NCBI RefSeq assembly: GCF_004010195.1
Contig: NC_057719.1
Location: 2,267,576 to 2,287,575 of the forward strand
DNA length: 20,000 nt
Direction of reading: 5' to 3'
DNA from: Chiloscyllium plagiosum
Taxonomy: Eukaryota
Shown: in pieces, positions 8,243 to 18,508 of the stretch
How positions within the stretch are numbered: the first letter of the stretch is position 1
How the letters are laid out: each line of letters begins with the position of its first letter
Translations under genes and position numbers: made by a program
The notes under the pieces: model-generated
Database searches by the model: none
Told to the model about the DNA's origin: nothing
The model's input: only the letters and a program-made list of their open reading frames with translations

Positions 8243-9615
8243 ACCTACGGGAGAGTTGTTTTGTGCCTAAGAGTTTTTTTTTAAGAAAAAGAGAGAGAGA
8301 AAAGGAGGAGGATAAATTAAGAGAAATTCTCCTTTTACCTCCTTGTCCCATTGAGACTGAAACCATCTCTTGAAGTCTTCATGGTCAGTGAGTGTCTCTT
8401 TCTTTTATCTTTTGGTGTGTGTATAAAGCATTATTTACCAAGTGTCTCTTTAAATCTTGTATAAATTATTTGTGACTTGTTCAGTGTCAAGATCTCTTTG
8501 CCAGTTGCTATATTGTGTGTTATTGTCTCTCCTCCTAAATGGTCATTGGAGGAGGGTAGCACCCTTGTGTGTCCCTTAGCAACAGAAAAGGAGGAACCAA
8601 GCTTATTATTCAGTGTCCTCCCATTTTACACCAAATGCATTGTTTACATAGGTTTTGTCGTGGTCCTCTTCTTTCGCAGTACTTGAGCGTTATGTTCCTG
8701 TTCCCCAACGAGGTGTTTTCGATGTTCAGTCAAGCAATTGGCCTGATCTTTTGGGTGACCTTTCACCTTATTTGCCCAAAGCTACATTGGTGACAGTTGC
8801 CTGCTGTTGGGTCAGATTTTGGGGAAGGGCTGGGACAGGGTTGGGGTGAGAAGTGGAGATTTGTAGACTTTATCAGCGTCACAGTCGTGGCTCATGCTGA
8901 CAGAGTTTGTGCCTTCAGTGAATGTGCTGTTGTTTTTCATCAAGCCCTCACCTCCAGCTTTCTGTTTCTGGGAAATTGGTGACTTGCTAGACTTTGGGGA
9001 GCAGAAAAGGGGAAAAATGAGATTTTATATATTGATGAGAGGGGAGTGGTGATAAGGCAAAGAGGAGCTGTGCAATGAGTCTGAACTTGTCCCCTTCATT
9101 GATGACTGTCAAAATAGTCAAGAGGGGAGTGATTTCCCAGGATTCCAACCTTAACAAGTAAAGGTAAGGAATGGAATAGGAGACAATAGCTTCAATAGAT
9201 GTGTCTTCTGCAAATATTAGGATCGGAGGAAGGAGTTGGAGGGGTGGGAGGAGCAATTTCTTGACAGGGAAAATACCACAGGATCAAAGTGCCTTGTTTC
9301 TTTCTGTCTGGTCTTCTAAAGGACGTGAATTTATCCACAAGGTTTTTCTCTCCCTCTCAGTATATCTTGAAGGAAGCTTTGTGTGACAGGTTGCCTTAGA
9401 AGGGTGCGGTGGAGTCCCCTTATTTTTGGTTTTAGTTTAATTTTGTATGCAGTGAGATCCCACAGAGAGCAACCGGCCTCATGACCCAGAGTGACCCCGC
9501 TCTCTAGTCACCAGGAGCTGGGAACGATTACAGTATTGGAGTGGCCAGTGCCTGAAGGTTGAATTGCTATAGCAACTGTCAAAGACTGTCCTGCTGATTT
9601 TTGATTTTTTATATA

Positions 9616-9679
9616 AATAAATAAATATAAATGACAAGGTGAACTATGTACCTTCCTTACTGTCCAATAATAAAATAAA
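9616..9679 (+). terminator. Proximal polyadenylation-signal cluster
   Basis: AATAAA occurs at 9616, 9620, 9669 and 9674, with a TG/T-rich region downstream. Confidence 0.45.
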
Positions 9680-10040
9680 CAATTGTAAGTGTATGATCAA
9701 AGCTTCTGTATATATGTATATACTTAAGGAATCGATGTGTATATTTGATTAAATAATTTAAGATAGATATTAATACAAGTTTTTTTTTGTTTAAATGCCA
9801 TTCCTTAATTTATATTGAAAAGGAACTTTCATGGCATTTTTCTTACAAGCGGGCACACAGACACATCTTTTACTCTAGTATTCCATTCAAAACCTTGAAG
9901 TTCACAATTGGCTAAACACATTTTCTTTAGTTTAAAAAAAAAATGCCCAAACTGTAAGTAGATTTGGCGTGCTTTCAATCTCTGCTTCTGCAGTCTGACC
10001 CATTGCTTGCACATCATCATTCCCACAAACTGGGAATACT

Positions 10041-10062
10041 CCCCCCCCCCCCCCCCCCCCCC
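10041..10062 (+). repeat. Poly(C)22 run
   Basis: Seen directly in the sequence. Confidence 0.95.
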
Positions 10063-10968
10063 GGCCCCCAGGTTCATTTCCCGAGAAGGTTGTTATCGGG
10101 GAAGGTGGAGAGTGAAGTGGGAGTGGCTGCTTGTGTTTAGATCTGGCGAAAATTCCGAATCACCCAAAATTGAAAGCTGGGATTTCTCTTTTCTCTTTTA
10201 CAACAAAAAAGTGAAAATTCATGTGTTCAGGTCACTGAAAACACAAGAATTTGGTCTGATTGATATATTCAGTGACCGACAGAATTAAAGAGACATGTCC
10301 AAATCTCTCCTCCAATGCAGCCTGTGTTCAGCTCTTAGTGATGGTGCAAAGGCAGAACAGCTTTTTTTGATATTTGTGGCAAGAGTGTGATTGTGTGCTC
10401 AGACAGAACTTTTCAAAACTGTTCAGTTACATCGTAGGGCTAAATTAATTGAGCTCTACATGTCAAGTGTTTCCCCAGCCACACTGGTACCCCAATTCCC
10501 ACCTTCAAATGTTGCAGAATGTTTAATTCTGGTCTTGGAATGTTGGAGAGCACATTGTACAGAAACACTGGTGCTCAGGCCTTTACTCCGTGGGTATATT
10601 CACCAGCTCTCTCCTGGGGCGGGGTGTTAAAACCCATTATGCAAACATAAAAGGGAATGTATTTCTGCTTTGAGCAGAGGAAAGAATGAAGGGAACACTT
10701 TATTTGTTTTATATATCTTAGTTTGTTTTTTTTTATTTTGCTTTGTTCCAGCACAGACACTAATGGGTGATATGTTCCACCCTGTGACAAATTACCCTTA
10801 TACAGAAGAAATGGTTTCAATTCAAAACAAGGAAACAAAAAATATGTGGCCTTATATTCTTTTGGTTTCTCCTCTGGACTTAATTGTAAATTCATTTGGG
10901 TTAAATCCAAACCATCATCACCCAACACAAGTGCCCATAATCTTATTCTGATTTCACTGCTGCAGGGT

Positions 10969-11037
10969 TTATATATATTTATATACATATATGTGTGTGT
11001 GTGTATATATATAAATATATATATGTAAAATATATAT
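10969..11037. repeat. Compound (TA)n/(TG)n microsatellite
   Basis: Seen directly in the sequence. Confidence 0.9.
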
Positions 11038-11276
11038 TTGGCTATGGATTCATTTTGATACTAAATACTTAATGGGCAAACTGTGACATTTTCTTTCTGA
11101 ATTATGGATGAGAGCTTTTGTTTTCTGAATCACGTGGCATCTTTATTGATGTCAATTACACAGCAGGAGGCTGGAAAAATAATCCCGTTCATGAAATGGG
11201 GTGAAAAAAACTTTTAAAAATGCGGGCTGGCTGATTTAAAATGAAAATGACAAGAACAATTTATGTACGGACTCGA

Positions 11277-11450
11277 AATAAAGTTGTAATTTTTTTTTGT
11301 AAAAGGACGCTCGCATTGCCCTGCAGAAGTCCTGTGTTCATTTAGAGCATTTTGTTTGACATGTTCTTAGAGATAACTTTAAAAAAAAAACTATTTATTA
11401 AAGCGTTTTATATTAACGTCTCCCAGTGTGTCTGATGCCTTTTATTCTTG
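11277..11450 (+). terminator. Distal polyadenylation signals
   Basis: AATAAA is at 11277-11282 and ATTAAA at 11397-11402. About 25 nt after the latter comes gtgtgtctgatgccttttattctt, a GU/U-rich downstream element. Confidence 0.6.
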
Positions 11451-11567
11451 GGGAGAAGTGATGGCTTATCATGAGGGAGAGAGCATATTTATTCCTGCCT
11501 CTGTCCAGACCATTCAGTGCTGGAAGTGTTAGCAGCAACTTGGAGGCTGCCAGCAGATGCATAGGAT

Positions 11568-11779
11568 AACCACCAAGTTCCTCTCCAAGCCACTCAACAT
11601 CCTGACTTGGAAATATATCACCGTTCCTTCACTGTCACTGGGTCAAAATCCTCGAATTCCCTCCCTAAGGGCATTGTAGGTCAACCCACAGCACACGGAC
11701 TGCAGTGGTTCAAGAAGGCAGCTCACCCCCACCTTCTCAAGGGGCAACTAGGGACAGGCAATAAATGATGTTGCTAGCA
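11568..11779 (+). mobile_element. LINE 3' end, same family as 13060-13945
   Basis: It is close to 13712-13900 (aagttcc...atcctgacttggaaatatatc...cagtggttcaagaaggcagctcacccccaccttctcaaggggcaac). Confidence 0.9.
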
Positions 11780-12048
11780 TTAGAGGTCATAGGTTTAAGG
11801 TGAGAGGGGAAAGATGTAAAAAGGACCTTAGAGCTAATGAGTAGTATGGAATGAGCTGCTGGAGGAAATGGTGGAGGCTGGTACAATTACAACATTCCAA
11901 AGGCATCTGGATGGGTATATGAATAGGAAGGGTTTTGGAGGGATGTGGGGCAAGTGCTAACAAGCAGGAGTAGATGAGTTCAGGATATCTGGTCGGCATG
12001 GACAAGTTAGACTGAAGTTTCTGTGCTGTATGACTGTGACTCTATGAT
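11780..12048 (+). mobile_element. CR1 (HER1-like) LINE 3' end with an internal deletion
   Basis: The sequence tagaggtcataggtttaaggtgagaggg...tgtgactctatga is the inverse of 1636-1925. Confidence 0.85.
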
Positions 12049-12084
12049 GCTATTGTCCCAAATTCCCAATTAAAGGAAGATGTG

Positions 12085-12320
12085 TGAGGCATGTTAGGGT
12101 GGTAGGTGCCTGGAACGCACTGCCTGGGGAGGTGGTACAAGTAGTTAGAGTAGAAACATTTAAAGGGCATTTAGACAGAGACAGGAACAAGCAGGGAATA
12201 GAGGGATATGGACCATCTGCAGGCAGATGGGATTAGTTCAGAATAACATCATGGCCAGCACAGACATAATGGGCCAAAGGGCCTGTTCCTGTGCTGGGTA
12301 CTATTCCATGTTCTACATTC
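12085..12320 (+). mobile_element. CR1 LINE 3' end (subfamily like 6345)
   Basis: The sequence ggtaggtgcctggaacgcactgcc...gggccaaagggcctgttcctgtgctg ends in a tgttcta-type tail. Confidence 0.8.
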
Positions 12321-12442
12321 TGTGCAGCACAAGCACTTTCACTATGGTCTTTTCCATTGTGTGTCCTGGTGTGGAAATCTCACTTGGATCAGCACGGATT
12401 ATCCAGCATCCAGTACCTGAGCTCATGCTGGTAAAACCAGGT

Positions 12443-12562
12443 ACATGCATTTGTATAGTGCTTTGCAGTAATCGACTTTGATGCTTTACAACCAATGAGG
12501 TACTTTTCGAATTGTCACTGTTTCGAGGAAACCCTGCAGCCAGTGTCTGCAAGAGCAGGGTC
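12443..12562 (-). mobile_element. DeuSINE/L2-type tail remnant
   Basis: tgcatttgtatagtgc...gctttacaaccaatgaggtactttt is the inverse of the L2-like SINE tail as I recall it. Confidence 0.5.
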
Positions 12563-12687
12563 AGCCGGCCGGCCGGCCGGGCGGGTGGGTGGGTATATGT
12601 ACCTGTGACCTCAAGAAAATGGAATTTCAGCAGACATAGAGAATCCAGGCCCCCAGACTGTCGCTATTCACTATAACCCTGGCTGAT

Positions 12688-12830
12688 TCTCTCACACTCA
12701 CACACTCTCTCTCACGCACACACACTCTCACTCTCACACTGTCACACTCACAATCTCTCACATACTCACACTCATTCTCACTCTGTCTCACTCACTCAGT
12801 TTCAGACTCTCACTCTCTCTCTCTGTCAGA
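12688..12830. repeat. CA/CT low-complexity tract
   Basis: Degenerate cactct/cacact units. Confidence 0.85.
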
Positions 12831-13059
12831 CTCTTTTCCTGTCTGCTTCCTATGTCCATGGATTACTGAAGGAACTAAGATCCTGTGCATCTCAGCGTTA
12901 ACGATGCCGAGATTTAGGTGTTGAGGATTCTAAAATTCCTTGACCCACTTCATCACAGACTGATACAATTAACCCCCCTCCCCCATCCTGATGCACTTTC
13001 CCTGGCTGTGAAATTTAAAAAGCTCTGACTGACCAGTTAACCCCTTCAGAATCTTCTCT

Positions 13060-13945
13060 CTCAGTGCCCAACCATCTTCAGCTGCTTCATCAATGACCTT
13101 CCCTCCGTCATAAGGTCAGAAATGGGGATGTTCGCTGATGCTTGCCCAATGTTCACCACCATTTGTGATTCCTCAGAAACTGAAGCAGTCCGTGTCCAAA
13201 TGCAACAAGATCTGGACAATATCCAGGCTGGGGTTGACAAATGGCAAGTAACATTCACACCACACAAATGCCAGGCTATGACCATCACCAATAAGAGACA
13301 ATCCAACCACTGCCCCGTGACATTCAGTGGTGTTATCATCACTGAATCCCCTACGATCATCATACCATTGATGAGACATTTAACTGGACACACCACATAA
13401 ACATAGTGGCCCCAAGAGCAGGTCAGAGGCTGGGAATACTACCTCCTGACTCCCCACTTGCCCTGGATGGAGGCAGCTCCAACAACACTCAAGAAGCTTG
13501 ACACCATCCAGGACAAAGCAGCCGCTTGATTGGCCCCACATCCACAAACATCCACTCCCTCCACCACCGACACTCAGTAAAAGCAGTGTGTACCATCTAC
13601 AAGATGCACTGCAGAAATTCACCAAAGATCCTCAGACAGCACCTTCCAAAACCCCCAACCACTTCCACCTAGAAGGACAAGGGCAGCAGATACATGGGAA
13701 CACCATCCCTGCAAGTTCCCCTCCGAGCCACTCACCATCCTGACCTGGAAATATATCGCCGTTCCTTCAGTGTCACTGGGTCAGAATCCTGGAATCCCCT
13801 CCCGAAGGGCATTGAGGGTCAACCCACAGCACACAGACTGCAGTGGTTCAAGAAGGCAGCTCACCCCCCACCTTCTCAAGGGGCAACGAGGGACGGGTGA
13901 TGGCCAGCAGCACCCACATCCCACAAAATGAGTTTTTAAAAAAAA
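13060..13945 (+). mobile_element. 5'-truncated non-LTR retrotransposon (CR1/L2 group) with the RT C-terminal part; disrupted
   Basis: PTIFSCFINDLPSVIRSEMGMFADAC...MQQDLDNIQAGVDKWQVTFTPHKCQAM shows RT motifs with catalytic FADD changed to FADA. Frameshifts follow and the end is A-rich. Confidence 0.9.
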
Positions 13946-13947
13946 CT

Positions 13948-14162
13948 GAGGCCAGACCAGGTACGGATGGCAGATTCCCTTCCCTAAAGGGCAGACAGGT
14001 TCTTACAACAATCAACAGTGCTTTCATGGCTGCCATTGGATTTACCTTTATTTTAGATTCTTTTCTTGAATTTAAGCCTCACCATCTGTTAGAGTAGCAT
14101 TCAAACACTGGCCTCCACATCATTGGGTTGGAGTTTTTGACTAATCCAGTAACATTTCCATT
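13948..14162 (-). mobile_element. Shark SINE (family of 1005-1245), inverted and degenerate
   Basis: aggccagaccaggtacggatggcagattcccttccctaaagg is the reverse complement of the core at 1095-1133. Confidence 0.7.
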
Positions 14163-14272
14163 TCATGTTTGTTTTGTTTTAACTGGAATGTGCAGCTGTT
14201 AAAAATGTTGAATAATTTATTTATTTGTTTCCCGTGGTTGATATAATTCCATATCTTTGGTTGATCTTTGGT

Positions 14273-14594
14273 GGGCGGCACGGTGGCACAGTGGTTAGCA
14301 CTGCTGCCTCACAGCGCCAGAGACCTGGGTTCAATTCCCGCCTCAGGCGACTGACTGTGTGGAGTTTGCACGTTCTCCCCGTGTCTGCGTGGGTTTCCTC
14401 CGGGTGCTCCGGTTTCCTCCCATAGTCCAAAAGATGTGCAGGTCAGGTGAATTGGCCATGCTAAATTGCCCGTAGTGTTAGGTAAGGGGTAAATGTAGGG
14501 GTATGGGTGGGTTGCGCTTCGGCGGGACGGTGTGGACTTGTTGGGCCGAAGGGCCTGTTTCCACACTGTAAGTAATCTAATCTAATCTAATCTA
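14273..14594 (+). mobile_element. Full-length young HE1-like V-SINE
   Basis: It has intact A box TGGCACAGTGG and B box GGTTCAATTCC, a complete V-domain, preserved CpGs, a CR1-like 3' part and an (AATCT)4 tail. Confidence 0.93.
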
Positions 14595-15059
14595 CATTGG
14601 CCAGGTCTCCCTTCATGTTTGTATCATTGATATTGATGAAATTAGAGGATTCTTGTTTATGGAGTTTTGGTCCCAACTTTTGAATTGTTTTATTCAGAGC
14701 ACTTTTTGTTCTCTTTCGGGTCGACTCTGCATCATTACACAATAACAGACAGGAAAACGCTTTCTGTCCAGTTGCTTTGGCAATGTCCTTGTGATAGTTT
14801 CCAAAAACAAAACATTCCAGAAGGGTGTCTTCCAGAACATTGATCCCAGTTTGATTTGAAAGACCCCACTCCCTCTGGAGAACCTCATTCTGTCTTCATT
14901 CGATCATTCCCATGGCAACCAGGTCTCCCTCTGTCCTACGTTTTCAAGTTTATCTCGAACCATGACCAGGGTGAGGTCTACAAGAGCATAATGTGAACTG
15001 GTTGCTCCACTTAAGTAGGTCAGAGAGGAGCACAGACAGGGGTGGTGTTCATTGATTGA

Positions 15060-15430
15060 GGGTGGCTCAGTGGTTAGCACTGCTGCCTCACAGCGCCAGG
15101 GACCCAGGTTCGATTCCAGCCTTGGGTGACTGTCTGTGCAGAGTTTGCACATTCTCCCAGTGTCTGTGCAGGTTTCCTCCCACAGTCCAAAGATGTGTAG
15201 GTTAGGGTGGATTGGCCATGGGAAATTGCCCATAGTGTTCAGGGATGTGCAAGTTAGGGTGGATTGGCCATGGGAAATTGGCCATAGTGTTCAGGGATGT
15301 GCAGGTTCGGGTGGGTTAGCCATGGGAAATGCAGGGTAGGAGGGTGAGGTCTGGGTGGGATTTTTTTGAGGATAGGTGTGGACGCAATGGGTCAAATGAC
15401 CTGTACCCACACTGTAGGGATTCTATTCTG
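15060..15430 (+). mobile_element. HE1-like V-SINE with an internal 52-bp tandem repeat
   Basis: A/B boxes and the V-domain are present. Repeat units start at 15192, 15244 and 15296. Confidence 0.9.
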
Positions 15431-15932
15431 TAAGAAAGCCAGATCTAGGTTCGATGTCAGGACCTGGTGGTTTCTCCCTGAGGACACGGAGCCTCTGGGA
15501 CAGGTTTGTGGGTTGGGGTGGGAGCTGCTGAATTCTGTCATCCGAGAGCTGGGATCTCATTGTGGGTGGAGGGTGAGGGGTGCGAAAAAGATGTCCCTTT
15601 ATACTAATCAGTTGGGGCCTACATGGTCGCTGGTCTTAATTGCTTCCAGGTGGTTAGACTGTTAGAAAGCCTGAAGCAGTACATCGGGGTTGTTTCCAAA
15701 TGTGACCTGAAACATTTTCACTGCCAAAGGAATCTGGTGATGAGGGCTGGTGAATCTGGTGATGTTACCTGAGGCCTGTCAGTATCTGCAGCAGCTTGCT
15801 AAGACATCCCACCACCGACATTAAAAGTATAAACACACAGTGAGGCCTAATAACCACTTCCTGTGCAGCGAGCCTGTCCCCAAACGGGGCATCTACTTAT
15901 CGCTGACAAGATGGCATTGCCACTGAAGGAGA

Positions 15933-16163
15933 GTAGATTAGATTTAGATTCCCTACAATGTACAAAAGGCCCTTCGGCCCAACCAGTCCACACCGACCCT
16001 CTGAAGAGCAACCCACCCAGACCCATTTCCCTCTGACTAATGCACCTAACACTATGGGCAATTTAGCATGGCCAATTCACCTGACCTATGCATCTTTGGA
16101 GTGTGGGAGGAAACTGGAGCACCCGGAGAGAACCCACCCAGACACGGGGAGAATGTGCAAATT
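15933..16163 (-). mobile_element. HE1-like V-SINE, 5'-truncated
   Basis: It has an inverted tail (tagattagatttagatt) and an inverted V-domain. Confidence 0.9.
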
Positions 16164-16259
16164 ACAGTGGAGTTTCCCAACTTCCAGTTTATCTCCTGCT
16201 TTCCCCGAGACGGGGAGGGGAGTGCATGTGTTTTGTTGGGAGTAGCTGCAGGAAGCGAT

Positions 16260-16813
16260 GCCATAGTGATGTTATCACCGGATTGTTAACCCAGACACCC
16301 AGAGAATGTTCTGGGAACCCGGGCTCAAAGATGGTGGAATTTGAAATCAATAAAAAATCTGAAATTAAGTATCTAATGATGACTGTGTCTCTGTTGTCAA
16401 TTGTCAGGAAAAACCCATCTGGGTCACTAATGTCCTTCAGGGAGGGAAACTACTATCCTTACCAGGTCTGGCCTACATGTGACTCCAGACCCATAGCAAT
16501 GTGGGTGACCTATCAGAAAGATGTTGTGAAACTTAAAAGGGTTCAGAAAAGATTTACAAGAATGTTGCCAGGGTTGGAGGATCTGAACTACAGGGAGAGG
16601 CTGAACAGGCTGGGGCTGTTTTCCCTGGAGCGTCGGAGGCTGAGGGGTGACCTTATAGAGGTTTACAAAATTATGAGGGGCATGGATAGGATAAATAGGC
16701 AAGATCTTTTCCTAGGGGTGGGGGAGTATCTCTATGACTCTTAACTACCCTTAGGGCAATTAGGGTAGCCTAGCCAGTGATGCCCACATCCTGTGAATGA
16801 ATGAATAAATAAA
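16260..16813 (+). mobile_element. Shark SINE (family of 1005-1245) interrupted by a CR1 fragment at ~16510-16741
   Basis: The SINE core runs to gcaatgtgggtgac and resumes at tgactcttaactaccct. The insert encodes YQKDVVKLKRVQKRFTRMLPGLEDLNYRERLNRLGLFSLERRRLRGDLIEVYKIMRGMD. Confidence 0.85.
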
Positions 16814-18508
16814 GCTGTTGTAGTTGTGTGGGAAAGACTAGATGGGCTTGAGCATCTTAGCTTGTCTCTGAGTAACCATCAATCTTAAACAGGGGCAAGT
16901 GGGTGTTGCAGCCATGGGATTACGATTCCCCATTCCCGGTGTACAAATCCACATACAGATGGATATTCTTGAATTCAATCTGTGTAAAAAAATAGGATTA
17001 GGAGAAGGCTGCACAATTCCTTGAATTCTGTTGCTCAGTAAGATTGGAGCTGCATTTGCACATTAACCTCACCTTCCAATCCCAAACCCCAATTTGCCAT
17101 GATTTCCTGTAAATCCGACGTGCAGCTGAGTTGAGTAATTCCAATCGTCAAGGCTTTGGCACCATGACGCTGAAGTTCTGCTTTAACACAGGGATTTGCT
17201 GTAACAGGTTCAGGGAACATGCTGGTTCAGTCAGTGTGAGGCATTCCTGTTACAGAGATATGCTCTCACTGTGATGTTATCACTACCTGTTGATTAATGT
17301 GATTTGCTTTATTTCACAGTCGGATAACACTGGGTCCTGTAAACACTACTCTCTGTGTCAAAACTCCTGTCGATCACAGGTTAGTGTGAATCACTCAGGC
17401 CCCGTGTCTCCACTTGTTTCTCTCCTGGGCCTGAGTGTGGACAGGAATCTGTGATGGCTGTCTCTGTCAGTACTTCCGTTCTCTTCCCTCATCAACCCCC
17501 AAAACTCCCCCACACACACTCACTCACACACGCACCTCTGTCTCATACACACTTTCACTCTCACTCACACTCACACATACTCTCACTCACACACGCTGTC
17601 TCATACACACACTTTCATACTCACACAGACACCTATCTCTATGACTCTTAACTACCCTTAGGGCAATTAGGGTAGCCTAGCCAGTGATGCCCACATCCTG
17701 TGAATGAATGAATAAATAAAGCTGTTGTAGTTGTGTGGGAAAGACTAGATGGGCTTGAGCATCTTAGCTTGTCTCTGAGTAACCATCAATCTTAAACAGG
17801 GGCAAGTGGGTGTTGCAGCCATGGGATTACGATTCCCCATTCCCGGTGTACAAATCCACATACAGATGGATATTCTTGAATTCAATCTGTGTAAAAAAAT
17901 AGGATTAGGAGAAGGCTGCACAATTCCTTGAATTCTGTTGCTCAGTAAGATTGGAGCTGCATTTGCACATTAACCTCACCTTCCAATCCCAAACCCCAAT
18001 TTGCCATGATTTCCTGTAAATCCGACGTGCAGCTGAGTTGAGTAATTCCAATCGTCAAGGCTTTGGCACCATGACGCTGAAGTTCTGCTTTAACACAGGG
18101 ATTTGCTGTAACAGGTTCAGGGAACATGCTGGTTCAGTCAGTGTGAGGCATTCCTGTTACAGAGATATGCTCTCACTGTGATGTTATCACTACCTGTTGA
18201 TTAATGTGATTTGCTTTATTTCACAGTCGGATAACACTGGGTCCTGTAAACACTACTCTCTGTGTCAAAACTCCTGTCGATCACAGGTTAGTGTGAATCA
18301 CTCAGGCCCCGTGTCTCCACTTGTTTCTCTCCTGGGCCTGAGTGTGGACAGGAATCTGTGATGGCTGTCTCTGTCAGTACTTCCGTTCTCTTCCCTCATC
18401 AACCCCCAAAACTCCCCCACACACACTCACTCACACACGCACCTCTGTCTCATACACACTTTCACTCTCACTCACACTCACACATACTCTCACTCACACA
18501 CGCTGTCT
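16727..18508 (+). repeat. Tandem duplication: 16727-17601 and 17634-18508 (875 bp, period 907)
   Basis: Identical ORFs occur at 17035/17942, and ORFs at 17435/18342 share their N-terminal part; both pairs are offset by 907. Spot checks found no mismatches. Confidence 0.95.

Larger units (their letters stand above)
8243..11420 (+). other. jag2: Putative jag2 3'UTR (~3.2 kb)
   Basis: It follows the stop codon, is AT/U-rich and has no recognisable intact transposon. It ends at poly(A) signals followed by a GT/T-rich tract, and repeats resume at ~11570. Confidence 0.65.

Noticed and set aside
9446..9475. Possible tiny antisense SINE remnant in the 3'UTR (gagatcccacagagagcaa)
   Set aside because: It is too short to call by eye, and is noted only as a caveat to the transposon-free UTR claim.
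12563..12594. GC-rich (GCCG)n/(GGGT)n patch as a promoter or CpG island
   Set aside because: It is only ~30 bp of simple repeat with no surrounding CpG enrichment.
14273..14345. tRNA-like sequence with A and B boxes (also 2742 and 15060)
   Set aside because: These are SINE heads continuing into the V-domain and LINE-like tail, not tRNA genes.
16088..16744. Longest ORF in the track (218 aa)
   Set aside because: It is a chance chimera of an antisense V-SINE, a second SINE and a CR1 ORF2 fragment, with no evidence of being a gene.
17035..17220. Minus-strand 61-aa ORF, duplicated at 17942-18127, with a donor-like AAG|GTGAGG
   Set aside because: It has no recognisable homology and an ambiguous acceptor. 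Its double occurrence is explained by the tandem duplication.
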